64,000 nucleotides of DNA from Candidatus Latescibacterota bacterium (lineage in GTDB: Bacteria > Latescibacterota > UBA2968 > UBA8231): NCBI GenBank assembly GCA_964291625.2, contig OZ220089.1:864001-928000 (forward strand), given 5' to 3'. The position numbers and the translations under genes are program-made. The notes under the pieces were generated by a model. That model saw nothing but the letters and a program-made list of their open reading frames with translations. It did no database searches and was not told the origin of the DNA. Below, piece after piece: positions 19,649-28,357 of this stretch. Every line of letters begins with the position of its first letter. Positions within the stretch are counted from its first letter, which is position 1.

Positions 19649-20487
19649 TCGTCGTAGATCCGGCGCGAGCGGAAGACGCGCATCTGCAGGAAGACGAAGA
19701 CGAAGGTGGCGGCGAAGAGCAGCCAGGCCAGGGCCGAGGCGTAGCCCATCTGTCCGGCCACGGCGAAGGCGTTGATGAAGATCGAGTAGGCGATCACCTC
19801 GGTGCTGCGCTCGGGGCCGCCGCTGGTCATGATGTAGACCGAGGTGAAGACCTGGAAGGAGCCGATGACGGTCATGACGGTGACGAAGACCAGGGTGTTG
19901 CGCAGCATCGGCACGGTGACGTGGCGGAACTGCTGCCAGCGGTTGGCGCCGTCCACGAGGGCCGCGTCGTAGAGAAACCGCGGGATCTCGGTGAGCCCGG
20001 CGAGGAAGATGACCATGTTGTACCCGGCCCCGGCCCAGACTCCGAGCAGGACCAGGGCCGGCAGCGCCGTCAGGGAGCGGTCGAGGAGCTGGCCGTAGTT
20101 GCCGAAGATGTGGTAGAACACCAGGGCCAGGACGACGCCCGGCGTGATGGAGGGCAGGAAGTAGAGGGTGCGGAACAGGGCCTGCCCGTAGTGGGCCCGC
20201 AGGCACAGCAGGGCCAGGGGCAGGGCCGTGACCAGGGTGCCGGCGACGCTGAGCACCACGTAGACCGCGGTGTGGCGCATGGCCAGGGCGAAGTAGCTGT
20301 CGGGCTCGAAGAGGGCGCGCTCGTAGTTGGCCAGGCCCACGAAGCCGGAGGCGCCGGCGAAGGCGTCGTAGTCGTGGAAGCTGACCCACAGGCTGATGCC
20401 CATGCTGACGAAGCTGAAGACGCAGGCCACGGTGAGGGCCGGGGCCACGTAGAGGTAGGGCACCAGGCGCTGCCTGAGCGCGGTCAT
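19645..20487 (-). CDS. carbohydrate ABC transporter permease (MalF-like)
   Basis: FVGLANY, FRTLYFLP, LYDAALVDGA, GSFQVF. Confidence 0.93.
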   Translation of the reverse strand: MTALRQRLVPYLYVAPALTVACVFSFVSMGISLWVSFHDYDAFAGASGFVGLANYERALFEPDSYFALAMRHTAVYVVLSVAGTLVTALPLALLCLRAHYGQALFRTLYFLPSITPGVVLALVFYHIFGNYGQLLDRSLTALPALVLLGVWAGAGYNMVIFLAGLTEIPRFLYDAALVDGANRWQQFRHVTVPMLRNTLVFVTVMTVIGSFQVFTSVYIMTSGGPERSTEVIAYSIFINAFAVAGQMGYASALAWLLFAATFVFVFLQMRVFRSRRIYDE

Positions 20488-21977
20488 CGGGGCGCGGGCT
20501 CCTGGCGGGCGGCGAGCCAGCGCGCCACCTGCCCGCCGTAGCGGCGGTAGACGTTGTCCACGTCGCGCGCCGCCCGGTCCAGGGCCTCGGCCACCGAGGC
20601 GTACGGCCCCTCCCCCGCCGCGATCTGCGGATAGCGGAGGAGGACGGTCTCCACGATCGGGTTGGCCTGGTGGTCGACGGCGATAATCTCGGTGTGGCGC
20701 AGCTTGTCGCCGGCCAGGCAGATCTGCCGGACGTTGGACAGGTAGGGCCGCTCGGCGAGGGCCTCGGCCCAGCGCCGGCTCTCGTAGAAATCCTGGCGGG
20801 GGCCGTTGTACCCGAGGTGCCGCGAGCGCAGCAGGTTGCCCTCGAGGCCGCAGACGAACTTCAGGTAGCGCCACGCCGCCTCCACGTTGGGACAGCGCCG
20901 GGTGATGACGAGCATGTTGCCCCAGGTGACGGTGGCCGGACCGTCGCCGCGCGGCCCCGGCGGAAAGGCGGTCTTGGAGAAGTGCCCCCAGCCCATGGTG
21001 TCGCGCATGATGTCCTTGCCCGACCAGGTGCCGGCGGCGATGCAGGCGGCCCGGCGCTCCTTGAACAGCTCCGAGTTCGTCAGCTGCCGCTGAAAAGGCG
21101 GGCAGACGCGGTCCACCCAGTAGAGCCGGGCCAGGAACTCGGCGGTCTCCACCCCGGCGGGCCCGGCGAAGAGGGCCCGGGTGCCGGCGCTGTCCTGGAA
21201 GCGGCCGCCGTTGGCCGCCAGCCACGGGCTGAACAGGCCGGCGCCGCTCGACGCGGAGAGCACGAAGCCGGCCTGGACCACCTCGCCCTCGGCGTCGCGG
21301 CGGGTCAGCTTGCGGGCGATGCGGCGGAAGTGGTCCCAGCTGGTGACCGCGTCCCAGCGCAGGCGCAGCCAGTCGACGCTGCCGTCGGCCTGCCGCGCGA
21401 AGAGATCGCGGATCTCGTCGTCGCCGGCCGCCGCCTCCTGCAGGATGTCGAGGTTCCACAGCAGACAGCTGGCGTCGATGATCTGGGGGATGCCGAAGAC
21501 GACGCCGGCCTCCGTCTGGTTGTGCCGCCACGCCGGCCCCAGGAACGCCTCCCGCCCGATGTGGCCGGGCGTGCCCGGCGCGGCCCCGTCGGCCTCGAGC
21601 AGGTCGTTCAGGGGCCGCAGCATGCCCCGCTGGTAGAACCCCTCGGCCCAGTACACGGAGGACTGGAAGACATCGGGCGGCGAGTCGCCGACCATCGCCG
21701 TGGACAGCTTCTGCACGTAGCTGCCGAAGGGCACGATCTGCAGGACGACGTCCACGTCCGGGTTACGGGCCTCGAACCCGGCCTCCAGGGCGGCGAAGTA
21801 GCGCCCGTACTCCTCGTTGGTGGAGGGGCTCCACCAGTCCCAGACACGCAGCTGCACCGGGCGGGACTCGCCCACGAGGCCCTCGACCCAGCGGCGGGTC
21901 ATGCCGGCGCGGGCGAGGACGCCGGCCACGATCAGCAGGATCAGGGCGGCGCCGGCGGCCAGCCTCAGGCGGCGCAT
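20484..21977 (-). CDS. sugar ABC transporter substrate-binding protein
   Basis: N-terminal hydrophobic anchor, FEARNPDVDV, PPDVF, LLWNLD, AAWRYLKF. Confidence 0.88.
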   Translation of the reverse strand: MRRLRLAAGAALILLIVAGVLARAGMTRRWVEGLVGESRPVQLRVWDWWSPSTNEEYGRYFAALEAGFEARNPDVDVVLQIVPFGSYVQKLSTAMVGDSPPDVFQSSVYWAEGFYQRGMLRPLNDLLEADGAAPGTPGHIGREAFLGPAWRHNQTEAGVVFGIPQIIDASCLLWNLDILQEAAAGDDEIRDLFARQADGSVDWLRLRWDAVTSWDHFRRIARKLTRRDAEGEVVQAGFVLSASSGAGLFSPWLAANGGRFQDSAGTRALFAGPAGVETAEFLARLYWVDRVCPPFQRQLTNSELFKERRAACIAAGTWSGKDIMRDTMGWGHFSKTAFPPGPRGDGPATVTWGNMLVITRRCPNVEAAWRYLKFVCGLEGNLLRSRHLGYNGPRQDFYESRRWAEALAERPYLSNVRQICLAGDKLRHTEIIAVDHQANPIVETVLLRYPQIAAGEGPYASVAEALDRAARDVDNVYRRYGGQVARWLAARQEPAPR

Positions 21978-21996
21978 GGGAGGGGTGACGGCGGGC

Positions 21997-23022
21997 TCAG
22001 CCGTCGATGGTGCGGCTCAACAGGCGCAGGAAGTTGCCGCCCCAGATCAGGGCCGTCTCCTCCTCGCTGAAGCCGCGGGCGAGCAGGGCGTGGGTCAGCT
22101 CCGGCAGCCGCGAGACGTCGGGGACCACCGGCTTGGTGCTGCGGCCGAGGCCGTCGAAGTCCGAGCCGATGGCCACGTGCTCGACGCCGACCAGCTCGGC
22201 CACGTAGATCACGTGGTCCACGAGGCGCTCGACGGTGGGCTGCTCCCGGTCGATGAACATGGGCGCGAAGGCGATGCCGAGGACGCCGCCGGCCCCGGCC
22301 AGGGCGCGGATCTGGTCGTCGGTCATGCAGCGCCAGTGGGGGCAGAGGGAGAACACGGCCGTGTGGGTCATGGTCACCGGCAGGCTCGACAGCTCCAGGA
22401 CCTCGTAGAAGGCGCGGTCGTTGACGTGAGCCAGGTCGGTGACCACGCCCATCTCGTTGCTGGCGCGCAGCACCTCGCGGCCGAAGGCGGTGAGCCCCTT
22501 CAACTCGCGGCGCGCCTCGTCGCGGTCGGCGGCGGTGCAGGCGCCGAAGGAGCTGGCGCTGCCCTGGAGCAGCTTCGGGTCGTCGCCGCCCTCGCCGTGG
22601 GTGATGCCCAGGGCCCGCAGGCCCATCCGGTAGAGCAGGTTCAGGGTGTCGACGTCGCCCTCCAGCCAGCGGCCGGCGCCCTCCACCGTCAGCAGGACGG
22701 CGATGCGGCCGGCGGCGCGGGCCTCCTCCACGTCCCGGGAGGCGCGCACCACCTGGAAGACCTCCGGGTGGGCGTCGACCTGCGCCAGGGTCCGCTCGAG
22801 GGTGACCCAGACGTTGGCCACGGCGCCGTTGCCGACGACGAAGAAGCCGCCGTCGAGACCGCCCTCCCCCATGCGGGGCACGTCCATGTCGTACTCGGTA
22901 TCGCGCTCCATCCAGCGGAAGGGCCCCTCGCCCCGGGCGACGCGCTCCACGGGGGTGTCGTTGTGGCCGTCGAAGACCAGGATCCGCTCGTGGATCCGGC
23001 GCGACTCTTCCTGGGTGATCAT
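21997..23022 (-). CDS. membrane dipeptidase (peptidase M19)
   Basis: DGHNDT, VEGA, GLTAFGREV, DLAH, THT, IGSDFDG, GGNFLR. Confidence 0.93.
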   Translation of the reverse strand: MITQEESRRIHERILVFDGHNDTPVERVARGEGPFRWMERDTEYDMDVPRMGEGGLDGGFFVVGNGAVANVWVTLERTLAQVDAHPEVFQVVRASRDVEEARAAGRIAVLLTVEGAGRWLEGDVDTLNLLYRMGLRALGITHGEGGDDPKLLQGSASSFGACTAADRDEARRELKGLTAFGREVLRASNEMGVVTDLAHVNDRAFYEVLELSSLPVTMTHTAVFSLCPHWRCMTDDQIRALAGAGGVLGIAFAPMFIDREQPTVERLVDHVIYVAELVGVEHVAIGSDFDGLGRSTKPVVPDVSRLPELTHALLARGFSEEETALIWGGNFLRLLSRTIDG

Positions 23023-23032
23023 GGCGTTCCTG

Positions 23033-24079
23033 TCAGAGGGTGGAGAACCGGTATTCCGTCGTCTCCCGGTAGATCTCGCCGGGGCGCAGGATCGTGCTCG
23101 GGAAGTCGGGACGGTTCACCGAGTCGGGGAAGTGCTGCGTCTCCAGGCAGAGGGCGCCGTGGCGGCCGTACTCGGCTCCGCCCTTGCCCCGGGTGGGGGC
23201 GAGGACGTTGGCCGTGTAGAGCTGGACCCCCGGCTGGGTGGTGAAGACCTCCATGCGGCGCCCCTTCAGGGGCTCGATGACCTCGGCGATCCGGCGGCAG
23301 GACTCCCCGTCCCAGCGGTCGACGACGTAGTTGTGGTCGAAGCCGCCCGAGGCCGACAGCGCGTCGATGTGCCCGCCCACTCGGGCCGGGTCGCGCAGGT
23401 CGAGGGGGGTGCCCTCCACCGGCAGGATGGCCCCCGGCAGGCCGCTGTCGTCGCGCGCCGTGCAGCGGGAGGCCCGGATGGAGATCACGTGATCGAGGAC
23501 GCTGCCGACGCCGTGGCCGCCGAGGTGGAAGTAGGAGTGGTTGGTGAGGTTGACCGGAGTCGGCCGGTCGGTGGTGGCCAGGTAGTCGATCCGCAGGCCG
23601 TTGGCGCGGGTCAGGGTGTAGAGGATCTCCACCGACAGGGCGCCCGGATAACCGTCCTCGCCGTCGGGGCTGACCCGGCGGAAGCGGACCCCGGGGCCCT
23701 CGGGAGCGTCCTCCGGCTCGCCGCGCCACAGGGCCCGGTGGAAGCCGCCCTCGCCGCCGTGGATGTGGTTCGGCGGCGCGTTCACCGCCAGCTGGACGAC
23801 GCGGCCGTCCAGCTCGAAGCGGCCCCCGGCGATGCGGTTGGCCACGCGGCCCGTGGCGCAGCCGAAGTAGGCGGGGTTGGCCTCGTACTCCGCCACGGTG
23901 TCGAAGCCCAGGACCACGTCGGCCAGGTCGCCGGCTCGGTCCGGAACCTCCAGGCCGGCGATCACGGCGCCGATCTCCAGCAGGCGCACCACGGCGCCGC
24001 CGTCGTTGGTGAGGGTGAAGACGGCGACCTCCTCCCCGGCGGCAGTGGCGCCGAAGAGGTCCCGCGTCAGGGCACTCAC
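23033..24079 (-). CDS. galM: aldose 1-epimerase (mutarotase)
   Basis: GRVANRIAGG, NHIHGG, NLTNHSYF, FDHN, QPGVQLYT, CLETQHFPD. Confidence 0.93.
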   Translation of the reverse strand: MSALTRDLFGATAAGEEVAVFTLTNDGGAVVRLLEIGAVIAGLEVPDRAGDLADVVLGFDTVAEYEANPAYFGCATGRVANRIAGGRFELDGRVVQLAVNAPPNHIHGGEGGFHRALWRGEPEDAPEGPGVRFRRVSPDGEDGYPGALSVEILYTLTRANGLRIDYLATTDRPTPVNLTNHSYFHLGGHGVGSVLDHVISIRASRCTARDDSGLPGAILPVEGTPLDLRDPARVGGHIDALSASGGFDHNYVVDRWDGESCRRIAEVIEPLKGRRMEVFTTQPGVQLYTANVLAPTRGKGGAEYGRHGALCLETQHFPDSVNRPDFPSTILRPGEIYRETTEYRFSTL

Positions 24080-24289
24080 GGGCTGCGGCCGCGGGCGTCG
24101 ATGTGGTTCTGGCGGATCATGGGCGGCAAGCATAGCCGGGGCCCCGGGGGGCGGCAAGGCGCCGGACCTGGCAGGTCCAAAGAGGTGTCGCCGGGAGCCG
24201 CCGTGCTGGCGGACAGGCCCCGGAGGCGGCTCTCGCCCTCTGGGCGACTGCGTCCCAGGCCTCACTTGCCCAAGATGCGGACGATCCGT
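24014..24289. repeat. diverged direct repeat, copy 1 (galM 5' end + intergenic + surface-protein C-terminal stub)
   Basis: GGTGAAGACGGCGACCTCCTC...GAAGAGGTCCCGCGTCAGGGC, GGATCATGGG, GGCCCCGGAGGCG and CCTCAC/GT..CCCA blocks recur in the same order at 28139-28357. Confidence 0.8.
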
Positions 24290-24291
24290 GC

Positions 24292-24456
24292 ACCGAGCGG
24301 AAGATTCTGTCAAGAGCCGCTGCCTGGTTCCTGGTTCGCTCGGGAGGCCGATTCGAGGTGGTCGAGCTCTTCGGACTCGTGAGCGCTCACCAGGATCAGT
24401 ATCCCATCGCCACCCTGTGCCGCGTCCTGGGCGTCTCCGCCGGCGGGTACTGTGCG
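24292..24456 (+). mobile_element. IS3-family relic (orfA end / orfB start)
   Basis: Translates TERKILSRAAAWF, then (after a CTGGTTC duplication) ARE, then VSAHQDQYPIATLCRVLGVSAGGY, typical of the IS3 orfA/orfB junction; truncated. Confidence 0.75.
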
Positions 24457-24493
24457 AGGCCGGAAAAAAAACAGGGCTAGCAAAAAGGGGCCT

Positions 24494-24532
24494 GGCAAAA
24501 CGGACACCTCCTGTCCCCTTCGAGCTTACCTT
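24494..24532 (+). promoter_or_regulatory. shared promoter element, copy 1
   Basis: GGACA-cctcc-TGTCC (24502-24516), then 10 nt, then TACCTT (24527-24532), pointing at the pgsA-like gene. Confidence 0.55.
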
Positions 24533-24740
24533 TTGAAGCAGGCCCCGGATTCGCAGCTACTGTCCGGAGCCCAAAGCCGCTGTGTATGCCAATGGACGAC
24601 GGATTCGCGGGGCCCATGGCCGAGCCCTGGTGCGGCGTCGGGCCGAATACGCAGAACGCGGTTTCGCCACACCAGCGAAAAGCGGGGCCCTGCGTCGCCC
24701 CCACCTGCGGGGCCTCGGGCTCGGGAGCTGTTGACCAACC

Positions 24741-25277
24741 GTGAACATCCCGAACACCATCACGGGAGTCCGCCTCGTTCTTGCAGGGGTGAGTTGGATA
24801 CTACTTGGCCAGCAACTGAGGGTTTGGGGAGCCGTCTTGCTCACAGTTGCAGTACTGCTTGACATAGTTGATGGACGAATAGCCCGTCGCTGTCGTCAAG
24901 CAACGAACTGGGGACTGTTCTTCGACATTCTTGCAGACAAGATAGTGATCATTGGTACATACATTGTCATTGGAGCTACCATGGAATCACCATTGTACAC
25001 GGTATTGGGACTGTTGATGCTTGCACGCGAGTACACCATGGATACCTGCAGATCGGTGCTGGCAAGTAACCGACTGGTAGTTGGCGCCGATAGACTGAGC
25101 AAGCTCAAAGGTGCCCTCTTCATGATCGCAATGCTTGGATTCATATGGAATAGAGCCACGATGGCCAAGCACGACATGGACATTGCCATGTCGGTCGTTG
25201 CAATCAGTGGCATGATCATTGCATTCCTGGGCCTGGCACGGTTCATCTTCAAGTACACATATCGGATGTCCACATAG
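24741..25277 (+). CDS. CDP-alcohol phosphatidyltransferase (PgsA-like), low GC
   Basis: NIPNTITGVR, DIVDGRIARRCRQATNWGLFFDILADK signature; visibly AT-richer than the flanks. Confidence 0.9.
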   Translation: MNIPNTITGVRLVLAGVSWILLGQQLRVWGAVLLTVAVLLDIVDGRIARRCRQATNWGLFFDILADKIVIIGTYIVIGATMESPLYTVLGLLMLAREYTMDTCRSVLASNRLVVGADRLSKLKGALFMIAMLGFIWNRATMAKHDMDIAMSVVAISGMIIAFLGLARFIFKYTYRMST

Positions 25278-25297
25278 TGGCGTTGACCCGCTTTCCT

Positions 25298-25428
25298 CGA
25301 CTGGGTGATCCACGCTGAACGCGACGAAGGGATCCGCCGCGACGGACCGAGCCGCTCCGAGCAGGAGGAGTTGCGCCGTCTGCGTCGGGAGAGCAGGCAA
25401 CTGCGAACCGAACGGGAGATCCTCGCTG
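25298..25428 (+). mobile_element. IS3-family orfA relic
   Basis: DWVIHAERDEGIRRDGPSRSEQEELRRLRRESRQLRTEREILA, the IS3 orfA leucine-zipper segment; lacks both ends. Confidence 0.75.
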
Positions 25429-25541
25429 AAGACATGAAGAACTGTTACTTGAACGCCGCAACCTGAGCCAGCTCAACCTCCGCGAACCGCCTTGGCAGAC
25501 CTCCGGCGCCCCCGTCTGGCCCTCCGGCCCTGAGCGTCCCG

Positions 25542-28058
25542 TTGCTCGAACGCCTCTTCGAGTCGCTGAGGCCCTTCATCCGGTGGGTGATGCGCCGGCC
25601 GGGCCTGGTGCTGACCGCCTGCGCCCTGCTGACCGCGGCCTCCCTGCGCTTCGCCCTCCAGTTGGGCATCGATGTCGAGCTGTCGAACCTGATCCCCCGG
25701 GACTACCCCAGCGTCATCGCCCTCGATCGGCTGCGCCAGGTGGTCGGCGGCGAGGACCGCGTCGACGTCGCCGTGGAGAGCCCCTCCTTCGAGGCCAACC
25801 GGGCCTGGGCCGAGGAGTTCCTGGCGCGGGCCATGGACCTGCGCTGCCTCGGCGGCACACCCTGCTTCGAGCGCGTCGAGTACCGCCGGGACACCGACTT
25901 CCTGCGGCGCAACGCCCTGTACTTCGCCACCGACGGCGAGCTCGACCAGCTCGAGGGCTACCTGGAGGAGCGCATCGAGGAGGCGCGGCTGGCGGCCAAT
26001 CCCCTCTACTTCGGCCTCGATGACGAGCTCGAGGAAGGGGCGGAGCGGGAGGAGGAGCAAGAGCTGCGCGCCATCTACGACGGCATCGTCCTCCGGGAGT
26101 ACCCGGTCTCCCCCGACAGCACCACCCTGGTCCTGCGCTTCCACCCCGCAGGGTCGCAGACCGACTTCGGCCTGATCGCCGTCCTCTACCGCTCCGTCGA
26201 CTCCCTGGCGGTCGCGGTCGGCCCGGCCCGCTTCCACCCGGAGATGGAGGTGACCTCGGCGGGCCGGCTCCTGCGGCGGCTCACCCAGGTGGAAACGATC
26301 ACGCGTGACGTGCGGCGCTCCTTCGGCGCCGGGGTGACCGCCGTCCTGATGGTGGTGGTCGTCTACTTCGCCTGGAAGTCCTACCGCGCCCGCTCCCGGG
26401 GGCGGCACAGCCTGCGCCTGGCCCTGGCCACGGCGGCGCGCATGCCGGTCATGGCCGTCCTCATCGGGCTGCCCTTCCTCATGAGCCTCTCCTGGACCTT
26501 CGCCCTGGCCCGCCTCGTCCACGGCGACCTGAACCTGATGACGTCGACCCTGGGGCTGGTCCTCTTCGGCCTCGGCATCGACTACGGCATCCACTTCTAC
26601 GCCCGCTACACCGAGGAGCGGGGCGCGGGACGGGACTCGGTGGCCGCGGCGGAGATCACCTTCACGAGCACGGGTCAGGCGATCGCCGTGAGCGCCCTGA
26701 CCACGGCGGGGGCCCTGCTCGTGCTCATGGCGTGCAGCTTCAAGGGCTTCAGCCAGTTCGGGTTCATCGCCGGCGCCGGCATCCTCTTCGCGCTCTTCGC
26801 CATGATCGTCATCCTGCCGGCGCTGGTCTCGCTCTTCGAGGGCTGGTCGCTGCTGCGCTTCGACGCCGGCGCCGGCGGCGGACGGCTGGAGGCCGGCCGC
26901 GGCGGACGCTTCCCCCTGGCGCGGACCGTGATCGCCGCCGGGCTTGTCTCGGTGGCCGCCGCCGTGGTCATGGCGCCCGGGAAGGTGCGCTTCGAGTACC
27001 GCTTCGGGGAGCTGGAGCCGACCTACTCCGAGTACAACGCCCGGCGCGAGAAGGTCCGCGCCGTCTTCCCGCCCGACGGCCGGCGCAACGCCGCCTACAT
27101 CGTCACCGATACCCCCGCCCACGTGCCCGCCGTGGCCGCGGCCCTGCGCCGCCGGGCGGCGGAGGACACCCTGTCGCCGACGATCGCCGAGGTCGTGACG
27201 ATCCAGGACCGCTTCCCCATGGAGGCGGCGGCCCAGGGCGCCAGACTCGACCGGATCGCGCGCATCCGCGCCCTGCTGGCCGATCCCCTGCTCGAGGGAG
27301 AGGACTCCGAGGACCTGCGCCGCCTGCGGCAGGCCTCGCAGACGCGCGCGGCGATCGGCCTGGACCAGGTGCCCGGCTCACTGCGCGATCCCTTCCTCAG
27401 CAAATCGGGAGAGGCGGGCAACTTCCTGCGCATCTACTCCTCCCTGGGCCTCTCCGACGGCCGCAACTCGATCGCCTTCGCCGAGGACGTCTCCCGCATC
27501 GAGGTGGAGGGCCGCACCTACCACGCGGCCTCGCCCACCATCGTCGCCGCCGACGTGCTGCGCCTGGTGCAGCAGGAGTCGCCGTGGATGGTGCTGTTCA
27601 CGGCGGTCCTGGTCTTCCTGTTGATGTGGCTGAACTTCGGGAAGCTGCGCTGGGGCCTGCTGGCCTGCCTGCCCCTGGTGGTGGGCGTGCTGTGGATGCT
27701 GCTGCTCATGGAGCTGCTGCAGATCCGGCTCAACTTCTACAACATGATCGTCCTGCCCGCGGTCCTCGGCATCGGCAACGACGCCGGCGCCCATCTGGTG
27801 CACCGCTACCGGCAGGAGGGCCGCGGCTCGATCCTGCCGGTGCTGCGGTCCACGGGCGAGCACATCACCGTCGGCTCCCTGACCACGGCGATCGGGTTCT
27901 CGGGTCTGTTGCTCAGCTTTCACCCGGGGATCGAGACGATCGGCGTCCTCGCCATCGTCGGCATCGGCTCCACCTGGCTGGCGGCCCTGCTGTTCACGCC
28001 GGCCCTGCTGCAGTGGCTCGAGGACCGGGAGGCCAACCCTCACGACGCTGCAGGGTAA
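25542..28058 (+). CDS. MMPL/RND family transporter (HpnN-like)
   Basis: Two RND halves: LFGLGIDYGIH, SALTTA, GFSQFG; VLGIGNDAGAH, GSLTTAIGF; start uncertain. Confidence 0.88.
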   Translation: MLERLFESLRPFIRWVMRRPGLVLTACALLTAASLRFALQLGIDVELSNLIPRDYPSVIALDRLRQVVGGEDRVDVAVESPSFEANRAWAEEFLARAMDLRCLGGTPCFERVEYRRDTDFLRRNALYFATDGELDQLEGYLEERIEEARLAANPLYFGLDDELEEGAEREEEQELRAIYDGIVLREYPVSPDSTTLVLRFHPAGSQTDFGLIAVLYRSVDSLAVAVGPARFHPEMEVTSAGRLLRRLTQVETITRDVRRSFGAGVTAVLMVVVVYFAWKSYRARSRGRHSLRLALATAARMPVMAVLIGLPFLMSLSWTFALARLVHGDLNLMTSTLGLVLFGLGIDYGIHFYARYTEERGAGRDSVAAAEITFTSTGQAIAVSALTTAGALLVLMACSFKGFSQFGFIAGAGILFALFAMIVILPALVSLFEGWSLLRFDAGAGGGRLEAGRGGRFPLARTVIAAGLVSVAAAVVMAPGKVRFEYRFGELEPTYSEYNARREKVRAVFPPDGRRNAAYIVTDTPAHVPAVAAALRRRAAEDTLSPTIAEVVTIQDRFPMEAAAQGARLDRIARIRALLADPLLEGEDSEDLRRLRQASQTRAAIGLDQVPGSLRDPFLSKSGEAGNFLRIYSSLGLSDGRNSIAFAEDVSRIEVEGRTYHAASPTIVAADVLRLVQQESPWMVLFTAVLVFLLMWLNFGKLRWGLLACLPLVVGVLWMLLLMELLQIRLNFYNMIVLPAVLGIGNDAGAHLVHRYRQEGRGSILPVLRSTGEHITVGSLTTAIGFSGLLLSFHPGIETIGVLAIVGIGSTWLAALLFTPALLQWLEDREANPHDAAG

Positions 28059-28084
28059 AATGGGTAGAGACGTGATCGTGTCCT

Positions 28085-28357
28085 ACGTCCATATCCGCCA
28101 GCGGAAGGGCCCCTCGCCGCGGGCGACGCGCTCCACAAGGTGAAGACGGCGACCTCCTCGCCGGCGGCGGTGGCGCCGAAGAGGTCCCGCGTCAGGGCGC
28201 TCATGCGGACCTCTCGGGGCGTACATGTGGTCCTGCCGGATCATGGGGCGGCAAGGCGCCGGCCCGGGCGGGCCCGAGAAATGTCGCCGGGGACCCGCTG
28301 TGCCGTCGGAATGGCCCCGGAGGCGCGCCTCAGTCGCCCAGGGTGCTGACGATGCGT
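28085..28357. repeat. diverged direct repeat, copy 2 (dipeptidase fragment fused to galM 5' fragment)
   Basis: CCAGCGGAAGGGCCCCTCGCC.CGGGCGACGCGCTCCAC matches 22912-22950 and is joined directly to the galM-start copy matching 24014 onward. Confidence 0.8.

Noticed and set aside
24540-24740. GC-rich leader before the pgsA-like gene as a riboswitch or group II intron remnant
   Set aside because: No recognisable conserved motif; an Rfam/Infernal search would be needed.
24292-25430. Circularly permuted single IS3 (orfA end on the left, orfA middle on the right)
   Set aside because: Both fragments contain the TERxIL segment and differ in sequence, so two independent relics are more parsimonious.
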